This document shows, piece by piece, positions 1-8,740 of a stretch of 33,175 nt of DNA. A model generated the notes under the pieces. That model worked only from the letters and a program-made list of their open reading frames with translations, was not told the origin of the DNA and did not search any database. Position 1 is the stretch's first letter. Every line of letters starts with the position of its first letter. Both the position numbers and the translations under genes were made by a program. The stretch is from Nanobdellota archaeon (GTDB taxonomy: Archaea > Nanobdellota > Nanobdellia > Woesearchaeales > GW2011-AR9): contig JAUYPT010000060.1 of the NCBI GenBank assembly GCA_030695685.1, forward strand, positions 1 through 33,175. The letters are read 5' to 3'.

Positions 1-346
1 TTACCAGTCCTTTCGCCTTTTTTGGGTCTTCCAGCTGTTCCACAATGGCAACTTTATAACCTCTCTTAATCAGCTTGCCAAGGTAAGGATCAAGCGCATG
101 ATAGGGAATACCTGCTAAAGGAGCCCGCTTTTCACCTTTGCCTCTGGCAGTCAATGTAATTTCTAATTCGCGAGAGGCAGTAATGGCATCCTCATAGAAC
201 ATTTCATAGAAATCACCCATGCGCAGCATAATGACACAATCGGGATGCTGCCGCTTGACGTCCTGGTATTGCTGCATTCCCGGTGTTAACTGCGCCGAAC
301 TAATCTTGAGGATACTTTCTTTGGAATTATGATTATTATCAGCCAT
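1..346 (-). CDS. mutS: DNA mismatch repair protein MutS, N-terminal fragment (gene runs off the window start)
   Basis: My own minus-strand translation from the ATG at 346..344 gives [115 protein letters not shown]. This matches the conserved MutS mismatch-binding N-domain pattern (TPxMxQY..K......[11 protein letters not shown]......L.I.LT.R.......AGIPYHA...Y...L...G.KVAI.EQ). It is absent from the ORF track because it is truncated by the window edge. Confidence 0.85.
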   Translation of the reverse strand, partial: MADNNHNSKESILKISSAQLTPGMQQYQDVKRQHPDCVIMLRMGDFYEMFYEDAITASRELEITLTARGKGEKRAPLAGIPYHALDPYLGKLIKRGYKVAIVEQLEDPKKAKGLV

Positions 347-401
347 TACCAATTTATGAAGTTATCTTTTTTTAAAGATTGTTGTAATATAGTTAAAACA
401 T

Positions 402-511
402 TAAATAATCAAACCTCAATTGCTTTAACTATATATGAAGGCGATAACAATTACTTTCTCTCAAGAAAGTTCGAAATGAAATAACAGAAAGTTTGATTAT
501 TTATCGCCTTC
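402..511. repeat. Nested, partly mutually exclusive inverted repeats in the mutS / cys-rich-ORF intergenic region
   Basis: taaataatcaaac (402-414) is the exact reverse complement of gtttgattattta (491-503). gaaggcgataa (437-447) is the exact reverse complement of ttatcgccttc (501-511). actttct (453-459) can pair with agaaagt at either 464-470 or 486-492. Confidence 0.4.
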
Positions 512-548
512 AGTAGATATAATCATAAATACCATAAACTAGCAAAAG

Positions 549-680
549 GGCTCTGTAGAAAATGTCCCGTTCGTGGCGCTTCCAAGAGAAGAGCATTGCT
601 CGGATTGAAGCGCAACCTTGCTGTCTGACGACTAGTTAACGGCACTCACTGGTGACATTCACGACATTTTCTACAGAGCC
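549..680. mobile_element. MITE-like non-autonomous element, copy 1 (132 bp, 18-bp perfect terminal inverted repeats, 9-bp target-site duplication)
   Basis: ggctctgtagaaaatgtc (549-566) is the exact reverse complement of gacattttctacagagcc (663-680). The element is flanked by the identical 9-mer tagcaaaag at 540-548 and 681-689. It has no ORF. The terminus GGCTCTGT is shared with the element at 29011..29172. Confidence 0.6.
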
Positions 681-694
681 TAGCAAAAGAAAAT

Positions 695-704
695 ATTTAT
701 ATAG
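695..704 (+). promoter_or_regulatory. Archaeal TATA-box-like element upstream of the ORF at 730
   Basis: atttatatag lies about 26-35 nt upstream of the ATG at 730. The same TTTATATA-type motif recurs at similar spacing before several other genes in the window. Confidence 0.45.
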
Positions 705-729
705 GTCTAAAAGTTAGTAAAATGATACG

Positions 730-1302
730 ATGGTCAGATTATCCAAAAAAGAGAGAACGGGGTATTTTATTATTTCTCTGCTGTTAATCCTTATTTTTGC
801 GGTCATTAGCGTTGTTGTTTTTGTGATGAATTCGACGCAGCAGATTGATGTTGTGGATGAAAAAGGAAACCTTGTCGGACAAGCTAGTATTTTTGTCATT
901 GGAAGGAGTTCTGGTATCAGTTATAAACAAACAGTACTCAATGCGGAATCTCTCACTGTATCCAAAGCCAATGGCGCTTCCTGTACAGACGGCAGTGATG
1001 CTGATGGCACTAAAAGTATACAATGTGCATCAAAATTATGTATTAATAGCATCTGCCGGCAGTCGAATATAGCTCAAGGCGGGCAATGCATGTGGACAGA
1101 TCAATGTCAAGCAGCACTTTATTGCCAAAAGCAGGGTAGTTCTACAAGCGGAACATGTGCACTACGGCTTTCCCCAGATAGTTTCTGCTCTTTCCAAGAA
1201 GACCAGTGTACGAGTGGGTATCACTGTGTCTTAAAAACCTGTGATGCCAGCGCGACGTGTGTAGCTATAGATTATCCCATCCCTGATTGCGGCGCTTATT
1301 AG
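730..1302 (+). CDS. Membrane-anchored cysteine-rich extracytoplasmic protein (hypothetical)
   Basis: 190-aa ORF with an N-terminal hydrophobic anchor (YFIISLLLILIFAVISVVVFVM). The C-terminal ~110 aa holds 14 Cys in reiterated C-x(3-6)-C-x(4)-C-x(6-10)-C units, e.g. GGQCMWTDQCQAALYCQKQGSSTSGTC and DSFCSFQEDQCTSGYHCVLKTC. A TATA-like box lies upstream. Confidence 0.6.
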   Translation: MVRLSKKERTGYFIISLLLILIFAVISVVVFVMNSTQQIDVVDEKGNLVGQASIFVIGRSSGISYKQTVLNAESLTVSKANGASCTDGSDADGTKSIQCASKLCINSICRQSNIAQGGQCMWTDQCQAALYCQKQGSSTSGTCALRLSPDSFCSFQEDQCTSGYHCVLKTCDASATCVAIDYPIPDCGAY

Positions 1303-1354
1303 AGAGATTTCTGAGGAGATATTTTAACCACTTAACAGTTAATATTTTAACAAT

Positions 1355-2599
1355 ATGTTTATAAAAAACAAGCTTATTGTGAGAATAATGGCAGTACTAG
1401 AATATAAAACACTTTCATTTCAGGAGCGGAAGGACCATCTTCTGATAACATTACTGCAATTATTCCAGACTAAAATTCCCCTGGAGGAACTGCGGCAGAT
1501 TGCACCATTTACAATTCCAACATTGCATTCTATCTGCTTTTCAACAGTCGATCAAGAAAAAGCAGCAGCAAAATTCTCCTTCCTGCTGACAAAATATTTT
1601 GACCAGCTGACGACACGATTAACGGGCAATAAGGCAACCTATATCCACCGCAATTCTGGCATACCCTTAATCGGCAATGTCGCCTTTGGGATTGTCTATC
1701 GCAATTCCTCAATCATTGAAATTAAGACCAACAATGCCTGCAATCTTGATTGCGTCTATTGTTCCATTTCCGAAGGCTTATCATCCACAAAAAATGATTT
1801 TGTCATTGAAAAAGATTATATGGTAGAAGAATTGCAGAAAGTAATCGATTTTGTTGCTGAACCTGTAGAAGTTCACATCGGCGTGCAAGGCGAGCCTTTT
1901 CTGTACGCAGACATGGAAGAATTGATTGCGGATATCCAACAGATGGATATGGTTCATACTATTTCTATTGACACCAATGGCACATTGCTAACGAAAGAAA
2001 AAATTGACCGTCTGGCTAAAAATAACAAGCTGCAATTAAATCTTTCATTAGATGCCATCGATGAAAAAGCAGCTCAAACGATAGCTGGTGTCAAAAATTA
2101 TAATGTTCTTCAGGTAAAAGAAATCATTGCCTCTGCTTCCCAAAAAATAAAAGTTATTGTCGCACCGGTGCTCACCTCCGGCTACAACGAAGAAGAAATG
2201 GAAAAAATCATTCTCTGGATTAAAACACTGCCTGTGCAGCCAATTTTGGGAATTCAAAATTTCCTGCGTTATAAAACTGGACGCAATCCAGCCAAGGAAA
2301 TTTCCTGGGATCAATTTTATTCCCTGATTGAAAAATTAGAACTGAAACATGATATCAAGCTCAAATTACATAAGGATGATTTTAAGATTACAGAAACAAA
2401 AGTGCTGCCAAAGCCATTTCAGGAAGGCGATGTGATTACGGCAACGATAAAATCAATTGATCGGTTTCCCCATTCCGTTATCGCTGTTGCTAAAAACAGG
2501 ACCATTTCTGTTCCCCATTGCGAATTTAAAATGAATAAAAGAATTAAAATCAACATTATGAGAGACAAGCATAATATTTTTGTGGGGAAGTTAGTATGA
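1355..2599 (+). CDS. Radical SAM protein with a C-terminal TRAM-like beta-barrel domain
   Basis: CxxxCxxC cluster motif in NNACNLDCVYCSISEG. The C-terminus (FQEGDVITATIKSIDRFPHSVIAVAKNRTISVP...RIKINIMRDKHNIFVGKLV) resembles a TRAM fold. The start could instead be the Met at 1388 (MAVLEYK). Confidence 0.8.
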   Translation: MFIKNKLIVRIMAVLEYKTLSFQERKDHLLITLLQLFQTKIPLEELRQIAPFTIPTLHSICFSTVDQEKAAAKFSFLLTKYFDQLTTRLTGNKATYIHRNSGIPLIGNVAFGIVYRNSSIIEIKTNNACNLDCVYCSISEGLSSTKNDFVIEKDYMVEELQKVIDFVAEPVEVHIGVQGEPFLYADMEELIADIQQMDMVHTISIDTNGTLLTKEKIDRLAKNNKLQLNLSLDAIDEKAAQTIAGVKNYNVLQVKEIIASASQKIKVIVAPVLTSGYNEEEMEKIILWIKTLPVQPILGIQNFLRYKTGRNPAKEISWDQFYSLIEKLELKHDIKLKLHKDDFKITETKVLPKPFQEGDVITATIKSIDRFPHSVIAVAKNRTISVPHCEFKMNKRIKINIMRDKHNIFVGKLV

Positions 2600-2627
2600 T
2601 AATGTACATTAATGTGAGTGATGAACA

Positions 2628-3734
2628 ATGCTGAATTTTAATTACCATAGCTTAAAATTGCTGCAGCCGTTAGGTGAAGTAAAATATAAATTCAATGATG
2701 ACCTATCTGCTTTTATTTTTCCTGTTATTTTTCGAAACAAACATAGCCTCGTTTACAGAAGCACTTCCACTACGGTGGATAAAATTAGGTGGCTCGAGAG
2801 CATACATAATTATCGGCGGCAGCTGCGCGGCCATCTTCGCTATCTAGGAGATAATATGATTACTATCGACAATGAAAAAATGAAGCTTCAATCTAATTTA
2901 GGGCTGCTTTTCACGGTTTCTGATTATAACCAGCTCTGTACTGCCAGGGATTGCCGAAATGTACTGCCCATCGATAGAACATTTACCTCGCAGGGACCGT
3001 TATTTGCTGTTGACAGTGAATCTCTTTATGGCATTATCAGGACTTCGTATGCGGAAGGGGACGATTTAAGTACCATATTAAGAGAAAAGCTCTCACTAAA
3101 AGATATTGCTGTAGTTACGCTGCAGATGGCCGATACCTTGGATGATCTCGCTGCTAAGGATATTGTGCATCGGGACATCAAGCCGGGAAATATAATGTAC
3201 GATTTTAAAACTAAAAAAGCAACCCTGATTGATTTTGGCTTAGCCTATAGCCCTGCGGAGCAGGAAAGCCCCTTTCTGTCACCGGATCTGCAAAACCTGC
3301 TGAACGAAAGGGAAGATATAGAAATGGGAAGAATTCTAGGCACGCCAGCGTACCTTTCGCCGGAACACGTTCGGGGTAATACTTCTCCGCAGTCAGATTT
3401 GTTTAGCTTTGGTTTAACATTGTATGATTTTATTGTAGGGCATAACCTCAGTTTTAAATTTGACCATCAAGATACATATGCGCTTTTTTGGTATTTGATA
3501 AATTACGAAACACCAGAAAAAAAGAAATTAATGGATGAGGTTAATCGCGCTGTGGACAGTTCATCTTTTCGGCGCCATTTTCTCCCCTGTTTAGAATCAA
3601 TCTTGGATCCCGAGCCGCAGAAAAGAGAAAGGGATTCTCTTCGTACTTGTGCAGAACGTTTTCTTCATGGAAAAGAAAGATCATGGACAGAAATAATGGG
3701 TTCGTGGCTTAATAAATTTTTTTCGTTTAATTAA
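2628..3734 (+). CDS. Hanks-type Ser/Thr protein kinase with an atypical N-lobe
   Basis: Catalytic loop VHRDIKPGNIM, DFG motif LIDFGLA, and activation-segment end GTPAYLSPEHV. No canonical GxGxxG loop is visible; the nearest candidate is LGEVKYKF. Confidence 0.8.
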   Translation: MLNFNYHSLKLLQPLGEVKYKFNDDLSAFIFPVIFRNKHSLVYRSTSTTVDKIRWLESIHNYRRQLRGHLRYLGDNMITIDNEKMKLQSNLGLLFTVSDYNQLCTARDCRNVLPIDRTFTSQGPLFAVDSESLYGIIRTSYAEGDDLSTILREKLSLKDIAVVTLQMADTLDDLAAKDIVHRDIKPGNIMYDFKTKKATLIDFGLAYSPAEQESPFLSPDLQNLLNEREDIEMGRILGTPAYLSPEHVRGNTSPQSDLFSFGLTLYDFIVGHNLSFKFDHQDTYALFWYLINYETPEKKKLMDEVNRAVDSSSFRRHFLPCLESILDPEPQKRERDSLRTCAERFLHGKERSWTEIMGSWLNKFFSFN

Positions 3735-4069
3735 TCTATTCCCATCATCTGTTCTAAATCGGAAAGAGTGTAATTTTCCTGTTCTTCTGGAGATATGTTT
3801 AGGTATTCCGCTAACCGTTGACCATAATCTTGTTCAGCGTTCTTAATAACAGAAGGTTGTGCTTCAAATCGCAATAAACTAAACGCTTCCTGATACATTC
3901 TCCATGTAGCACTCCTGATTTGCTCATCGCTGCAGTTTTCCAAGCACTTATTCTTCAGCGTTCTGGCTTTAGGATAGGCTATTCTATAGAGTTCAATCTG
4001 CTCTTTCCTTGTTGAAGGAAATTCCCGCAGTGTGCGGATACTTTCTGCCTGATATCTGTTCATGGTCAT
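3731..4069 (-). CDS. Hypothetical protein (112 aa)
   Basis: Clean ORF convergent with the kinase gene (4-nt stop overlap) and divergent from the 4145 ORF. No recognisable motifs. Confidence 0.5.
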   Translation of the reverse strand: MTMNRYQAESIRTLREFPSTRKEQIELYRIAYPKARTLKNKCLENCSDEQIRSATWRMYQEAFSLLRFEAQPSVIKNAEQDYGQRLAEYLNISPEEQENYTLSDLEQMMGID

Positions 4070-4144
4070 TTTACCACTGTAAAGTTACATTTATTTATAA
4101 AACTTACCCCAAAATTAATAAAATAACGAATTTCAGCCATTTCT

Positions 4145-5374
4145 ATGGGCTACCCTTACGACGGACTTATTCCAGCGGCAATTCTCTATAATAACCCCGG
4201 ATTAACGCGGGACGAATTTGCCCGGGCCATGCGGCCGGCGGCTATTTTTAGTTCTAAATACTGGGGCAGTCTGGAAGCTGTTGCCCGAGTTCTGCATCTT
4301 CGAGCGCACAATGGGCGTAATGATGATCTCCGCTCTTATTACATTGAAGAAAATAGAGATTTTGGGTATTTTCGCACCATGACGGACTGGGATTGGGAAG
4401 ATGAAACACTAACGGTTATTCAGCGAAATCATCGCACTTTTACTGAAGAAGAATTTACGTTTGTTGATTTTTCTCCACTTCAGGAAAAAAAATTTCTGTA
4501 TTCAGACTGGGCATATAGATATTGCACAGATGACGATGAGGAAGAACGTTTTCATGTTGTGGAGAAAGATCGCTTCCTTGCTCTTTTTGAGACAGATGAT
4601 GACGATGGAGGAAATAATCCTGTTGATTATAATAGCGTGATAATCAAGTCTGTCATGGAACAAATTGGTCCTGAATATGAAGATACGACAATCTCTCGGT
4701 ATCAGCAGCAGAAAATTCGTGTCATTCCATTTCAAGTCTATGTTGAAAAAATTAAAACATATGATTCACTGGATGATTTTTTTGAAGAATACCCTCATCT
4801 GCATCCAGTACAGCGCTTTGACTGGGCGCAGGAGAAAGGAAGATTGGAAACAGGCTTCGACTGTCCAGCGCTGCGATGGCACAGAAAGGATGATACCTAT
4901 TTTCTTGATCAAGAGCATGCCAAAAAAGTATTGAAAGATAATTATTTTAACAAAGAACAGATGCGGCGTTATCCCGGCGGCAGCTGGATTGATTTAATCC
5001 TGACAGCAGAAGCAGTCAAAACAGGATTTTGGAAAGTATTGGAGCGCAGCGGTTTACAGCATCTGGTAGAATTTTTTATAGCACATCCAGAAGTTGTTCA
5101 GGTCTATAATCAGGCGCGGTTTGACATGGATATTTCTTCCTTTGCACAGAAAAAAAATTTAACAAATAGTGAATTCTTACGCTGGCGATTAGAAAATAAT
5201 ACCATTCATGAAACGAATCCGGAGAGTTTACGAAAAACAATAAGTATGGAAATAGAAGAACTGCAAAAGATTGCTGCACATTATCATAAGATTAGCCTTG
5301 ATGTTGAATTCAAAACTGACTTTTCTGCAGAAGAAATTGAACGGTTTATAGAAATTGCAATAAAAAAAGATTAA
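4145..5374 (+). CDS. Hypothetical acidic protein (409 aa)
   Basis: Long uninterrupted ORF with Asp/Glu-rich runs (CTDDDEEERF, ETDDDDGGNN) and many aromatic residues. I recognise no family. Confidence 0.6.
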   Translation: MGYPYDGLIPAAILYNNPGLTRDEFARAMRPAAIFSSKYWGSLEAVARVLHLRAHNGRNDDLRSYYIEENRDFGYFRTMTDWDWEDETLTVIQRNHRTFTEEEFTFVDFSPLQEKKFLYSDWAYRYCTDDDEEERFHVVEKDRFLALFETDDDDGGNNPVDYNSVIIKSVMEQIGPEYEDTTISRYQQQKIRVIPFQVYVEKIKTYDSLDDFFEEYPHLHPVQRFDWAQEKGRLETGFDCPALRWHRKDDTYFLDQEHAKKVLKDNYFNKEQMRRYPGGSWIDLILTAEAVKTGFWKVLERSGLQHLVEFFIAHPEVVQVYNQARFDMDISSFAQKKNLTNSEFLRWRLENNTIHETNPESLRKTISMEIEELQKIAAHYHKISLDVEFKTDFSAEEIERFIEIAIKKD

Positions 5375-5721
5375 TCTGATTTTTTCCACGTATTATTTAT
5401 CAGATGGTATACATCACCGCCATCGGTGACAATGCCGTAGCCTGACACCGTAACATTATGACCTTCATCAACAATATCACCATGGCTGTCTCTAAAATAA
5501 TACCGTGGGGACACCTGATCACAATTGACACTGATATATCCTGTCTTACTGCTGCCTAAATCCTGATTGATTTTCTGCTCTAACTGAGCACAATAAGGAT
5601 TATAATTATTATCCAACGGCGAGCAAAGATTAATGACTAATGGAAATGATAAAATAGCCGTACCGGAGAAAAAACTAGCAAAAGCTCCGGAATAATCAAA
5701 TTTATTATCTGTCTTTGCCAT
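5371..5721 (-). CDS. Hypothetical small secreted or membrane-anchored protein (116 aa)
   Basis: N-terminal hydrophobic segment (GAFASFFSGTAILSFPLVINL) followed by a polar domain containing 3 Cys. Confidence 0.45.
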   Translation of the reverse strand: MAKTDNKFDYSGAFASFFSGTAILSFPLVINLCSPLDNNYNPYCAQLEQKINQDLGSSKTGYISVNCDQVSPRYYFRDSHGDIVDEGHNVTVSGYGIVTDGGDVYHLINNTWKKSD

Positions 5722-5772
5722 AAGTGCCGTACAACAACGAGGTGATTTAAAAATATTGTGTATGAATGTATC

Positions 5773-8646
5773 TTACACTGCAAGAATTCCCAAAACATAT
5801 TCTTTCAATTCTGCCGGCCAATCACGCTGAATATCTTCTTTATACTCTTTCATCTCCTGCAGGACATCCCTGCGCATATTGCCAAATTCTACTAAATGGA
5901 CGAGTTCTTCTTTCACATATACAGGAACATGCTTCAAATTCCAAACCTGCAGTTTCAATTTTTCCTTGTGTTCATCTTTCTCTTGCTCTTTCCGGCGCTG
6001 CAGGTCGTCCCAGAAGGAAACGTAGGAAAATTCTTCTTTTTTCTGTTTTAATTTTTGCTTCCCTTGTTTTAAATTGATATTGGCAATGACCATCTCATGC
6101 ATTCTTCTCAGGAATTCTTGCTTATCTTCCACTTTAATCACATCGCTGTAGCCGCTCATGATCAAATCAAATGCGAACGGGCTGGGAATGGTTGTCACTC
6201 TTTCTTCTACAGTCATGTCACCAGCATTGACTTTGCCGATGATTTCCTGTGCATGAGTATAATCCATTAAATCCTCTAACACTTCCCGCCGTGCTTCTTT
6301 CAGTATCGGAAATTGGTCGCTGATTCGTTTAACAGCATTAAACAAAATTTTGCTGCCGATCTGCATTCGTCCTGCTGTTTTTTTCCGCCCGGCATATTCC
6401 CGCAGAATCATTAATGATCTCGAAGCACAATGGCGGAAACGCCGCTGCAAGACTTCACTGTGCTCAATAGATTGTTCCAAGATATTCCGAAAATCTTCTG
6501 TTTTCAATAATTCAAATGCCCGCTTGGCTTGAAAAGTTTTTTCCGCGGCAAGATAAAATCCATTATCGGTAATGCCTACCTCTACATCCCGATGCTGTGA
6601 CCGCCCAATGACATAAGCCAATGATCTTGATAAACAATCATTCACCCGCCGCCCGAAAAGAGTATGAAAAATTGTATATGTTCTTCCTTTATCCGTATAG
6701 GTTTCAATGACTATTTTTTTATGAGAGGGAATAGAACTAAAATGATACTGTTCGTAAAAATAACGGTAGATGCTTTCCGCTGCTTTCTCATCAACATACA
6801 GAAACTGATGAAGAAACTGCAGAATTGCAGCTTCTGTTTCCTTCTTGTTAAATTTTTCTTCCATCAAAAAACGGAAGCGGTTGATTTCCATCGCTAAATC
6901 AAACGATAAGGGCAGCATTTCTGAGAACCAGCTGGGAACAGTCGGCGGCCGATTGACAGAAGAGCTTACCTGTGCGGTCATACCTCTGGCAAATTTAAAT
7001 AAATAAACATTCCCACCTAAGACAAAAACATCTCCAGGCCGTAATCGTTCCAGAAAACCTTCGTCAATTTTCCCGACAATTTGATCACCAATCTTAACAG
7101 TAATATAGGTTTCTTCCGGAATCGTGCCGATATTAGTCATGTAAATAACTCTCGCTAGTTTCCCTCTCTTGCCAATATTGCCGCTCTCCGGATCATACCA
7201 GATTCGGGCATAGACATGCCGCTCTTCCAACGAGACATATTCCCCAGAAAGGAATCTAATTACACCGAAGAAATTATCCCACTCTAAAGTATGATAACAA
7301 TAGCAGTTTTTGATCAGGTGAAAGAGCTCATAAATATTGATCACTTCATTGATGGCAATGCCGTAAATATGCTGGGATAAAACATCCAAGGGATTGCGGG
7401 GAATCTGAACTTTGTCAATTTTCTTTTCCACCGCCGATTTCAATAAGAGAGCGCATTCCACCAAATCATCCCGATCCATGACAATAATTCTGGCTTTCAC
7501 TTCCGAATGCAGCTGATGGCCTGCTCTTCCTGCTCTTTGCAGGAAGCGGGCAACAGATTTAGGGCTGCCCAGGCAAATCACTAAATCTACATACCCAATA
7601 TCAATGCCTAACTCTAATGATGTCGAAGAGACGACCACTTTCAGTTTGCCGTCACGCAAATCCTGTTCTGTTTTGAATCTATTTTCTTTTCCTAAACTGC
7701 CATGATGAGCGGCAATATTCTCTGTAGTGTAATGCTGGGGGAACATCTCTTTGAGATTGTGGACAACTCGTTCCGTCGCACTTCTCGTATTAGTAAAGAT
7801 TAATACTGTTTTGTGTTCCTGAATTAAACTATCCATCAGATCGTACATTTTCTGATGCTTAAGCATATATTCTGTTTCCACTAAACTGCGGACTGGGCTT
7901 AACACCTGCAAGTTCATTGATTTAATGAACTGGACATCAACAATATTACAATCTCGTTCCTCATCACCGGCATAACCGACTAAGTATTGGGCAATATCTT
8001 CCAATGGTGCAATGGTAGCACTTAACCCCACTCGAGACATCCCCGGTGATAACCTTTGTAATCGTTCCATGCTCAGATTGAGATGAACGCCTCTTTTATT
8101 ATCAGCCAAAGCATGAATTTCATCGACAATGAGCCATTGGACATTGGCAAGATACTCTTTAAATTTAGGAGAATTGATCATGATTGCCAATGATTCTGGT
8201 GTCGTAATCAGGATATGCGGCGAGTTTCGGCGCATCGCTGATTTTTCTGAGGCTGTTGTATCCCCCGTCCTGACGCCGACTCTGATGCCTAACTTTTTGT
8301 TGGCAATAGTTTCAATTTGCTCTAACGGCTCTTTGAGATTTTTCTGAATGTCATTGTTTAAAGCCTTTAATGGTGAAACGTAGACAGCATAGACTTTATT
8401 CTCTAAAGCTTGCTTTTCGGCAGAATCAACTAATTCGTTTAATACCGCAAGAAATCCGGTTAAGGTCTTGGTTGCGCCGGTCGGTGCGGAAATAAGAACG
8501 TTTTTTCTATTGTGAATTTCCATCACGCCATATAATTGCGGCAGCGAGAAGTCCTTGAATTTAGAGAAGAACCACTGGTTGATGAAAGGATGTAAAATAG
8601 CTTTAAGATGTACAGATTCGTAAGGATGCTCTATTTTGGTTATCAT
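5773..8646 (-). CDS. lhr: Lhr-type ATP-dependent SF2 helicase (DEAD/DEAH box, Lhr core plus C-terminal domain)
   Basis: 957 aa. Motif I is SAPTGATKT (variant), motif II VDEIH, motif III SAT, motif VI QRAGRAGH. The N-terminal FINQWFFSKFKDFSLPQ and the overall length are typical of Lhr. Confidence 0.9.
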   Translation of the reverse strand: MITKIEHPYESVHLKAILHPFINQWFFSKFKDFSLPQLYGVMEIHNRKNVLISAPTGATKTLTGFLAVLNELVDSAEKQALENKVYAVYVSPLKALNNDIQKNLKEPLEQIETIANKKLGIRVGVRTGDTTASEKSAMRRNSPHILITTPESLAIMINSPKFKEYLANVQWLIVDEIHALADNKRGVHLNLSMERLQRLSPGMSRVGLSATIAPLEDIAQYLVGYAGDEERDCNIVDVQFIKSMNLQVLSPVRSLVETEYMLKHQKMYDLMDSLIQEHKTVLIFTNTRSATERVVHNLKEMFPQHYTTENIAAHHGSLGKENRFKTEQDLRDGKLKVVVSSTSLELGIDIGYVDLVICLGSPKSVARFLQRAGRAGHQLHSEVKARIIVMDRDDLVECALLLKSAVEKKIDKVQIPRNPLDVLSQHIYGIAINEVINIYELFHLIKNCYCYHTLEWDNFFGVIRFLSGEYVSLEERHVYARIWYDPESGNIGKRGKLARVIYMTNIGTIPEETYITVKIGDQIVGKIDEGFLERLRPGDVFVLGGNVYLFKFARGMTAQVSSSVNRPPTVPSWFSEMLPLSFDLAMEINRFRFLMEEKFNKKETEAAILQFLHQFLYVDEKAAESIYRYFYEQYHFSSIPSHKKIVIETYTDKGRTYTIFHTLFGRRVNDCLSRSLAYVIGRSQHRDVEVGITDNGFYLAAEKTFQAKRAFELLKTEDFRNILEQSIEHSEVLQRRFRHCASRSLMILREYAGRKKTAGRMQIGSKILFNAVKRISDQFPILKEARREVLEDLMDYTHAQEIIGKVNAGDMTVEERVTTIPSPFAFDLIMSGYSDVIKVEDKQEFLRRMHEMVIANINLKQGKQKLKQKKEEFSYVSFWDDLQRRKEQEKDEHKEKLKLQVWNLKHVPVYVKEELVHLVEFGNMRRDVLQEMKEYKEDIQRDWPAELKEYVLGILAV

Positions 8647-8740
8647 ATTATCTAAACTATATATTTTACTAGACTTTATTTATAATAGTTATGGAAGGAA
8701 TTTTTATTCCGAAAGGTTTATTAATTTCTGTAAATTTAAA

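Noticed and set aside
549-680. Considered whether the GC-richer, strongly paired 132-bp segment is a structural RNA gene (5S rRNA, C/D-box sRNA, or an excised circular RNA with a processing stem).
   Set aside because: I could not find 5S-like conserved loops or convincing C/D boxes. The exact 9-bp flanking duplication plus a second element with the same GGCTCTGT ends and the same duplication length favours a MITE. An RNA function is not excluded.
4129-4140. aatttcagccat, identical to the reconstructed empty target site of MITE copy 2 (aatttcagcc|at), sits just upstream of the ATG at 4145.
   Set aside because: A 12-mer match is unlikely by chance, but a single occurrence cannot establish a target-site preference. 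There is no element here. It is recorded only for genome-wide follow-up.
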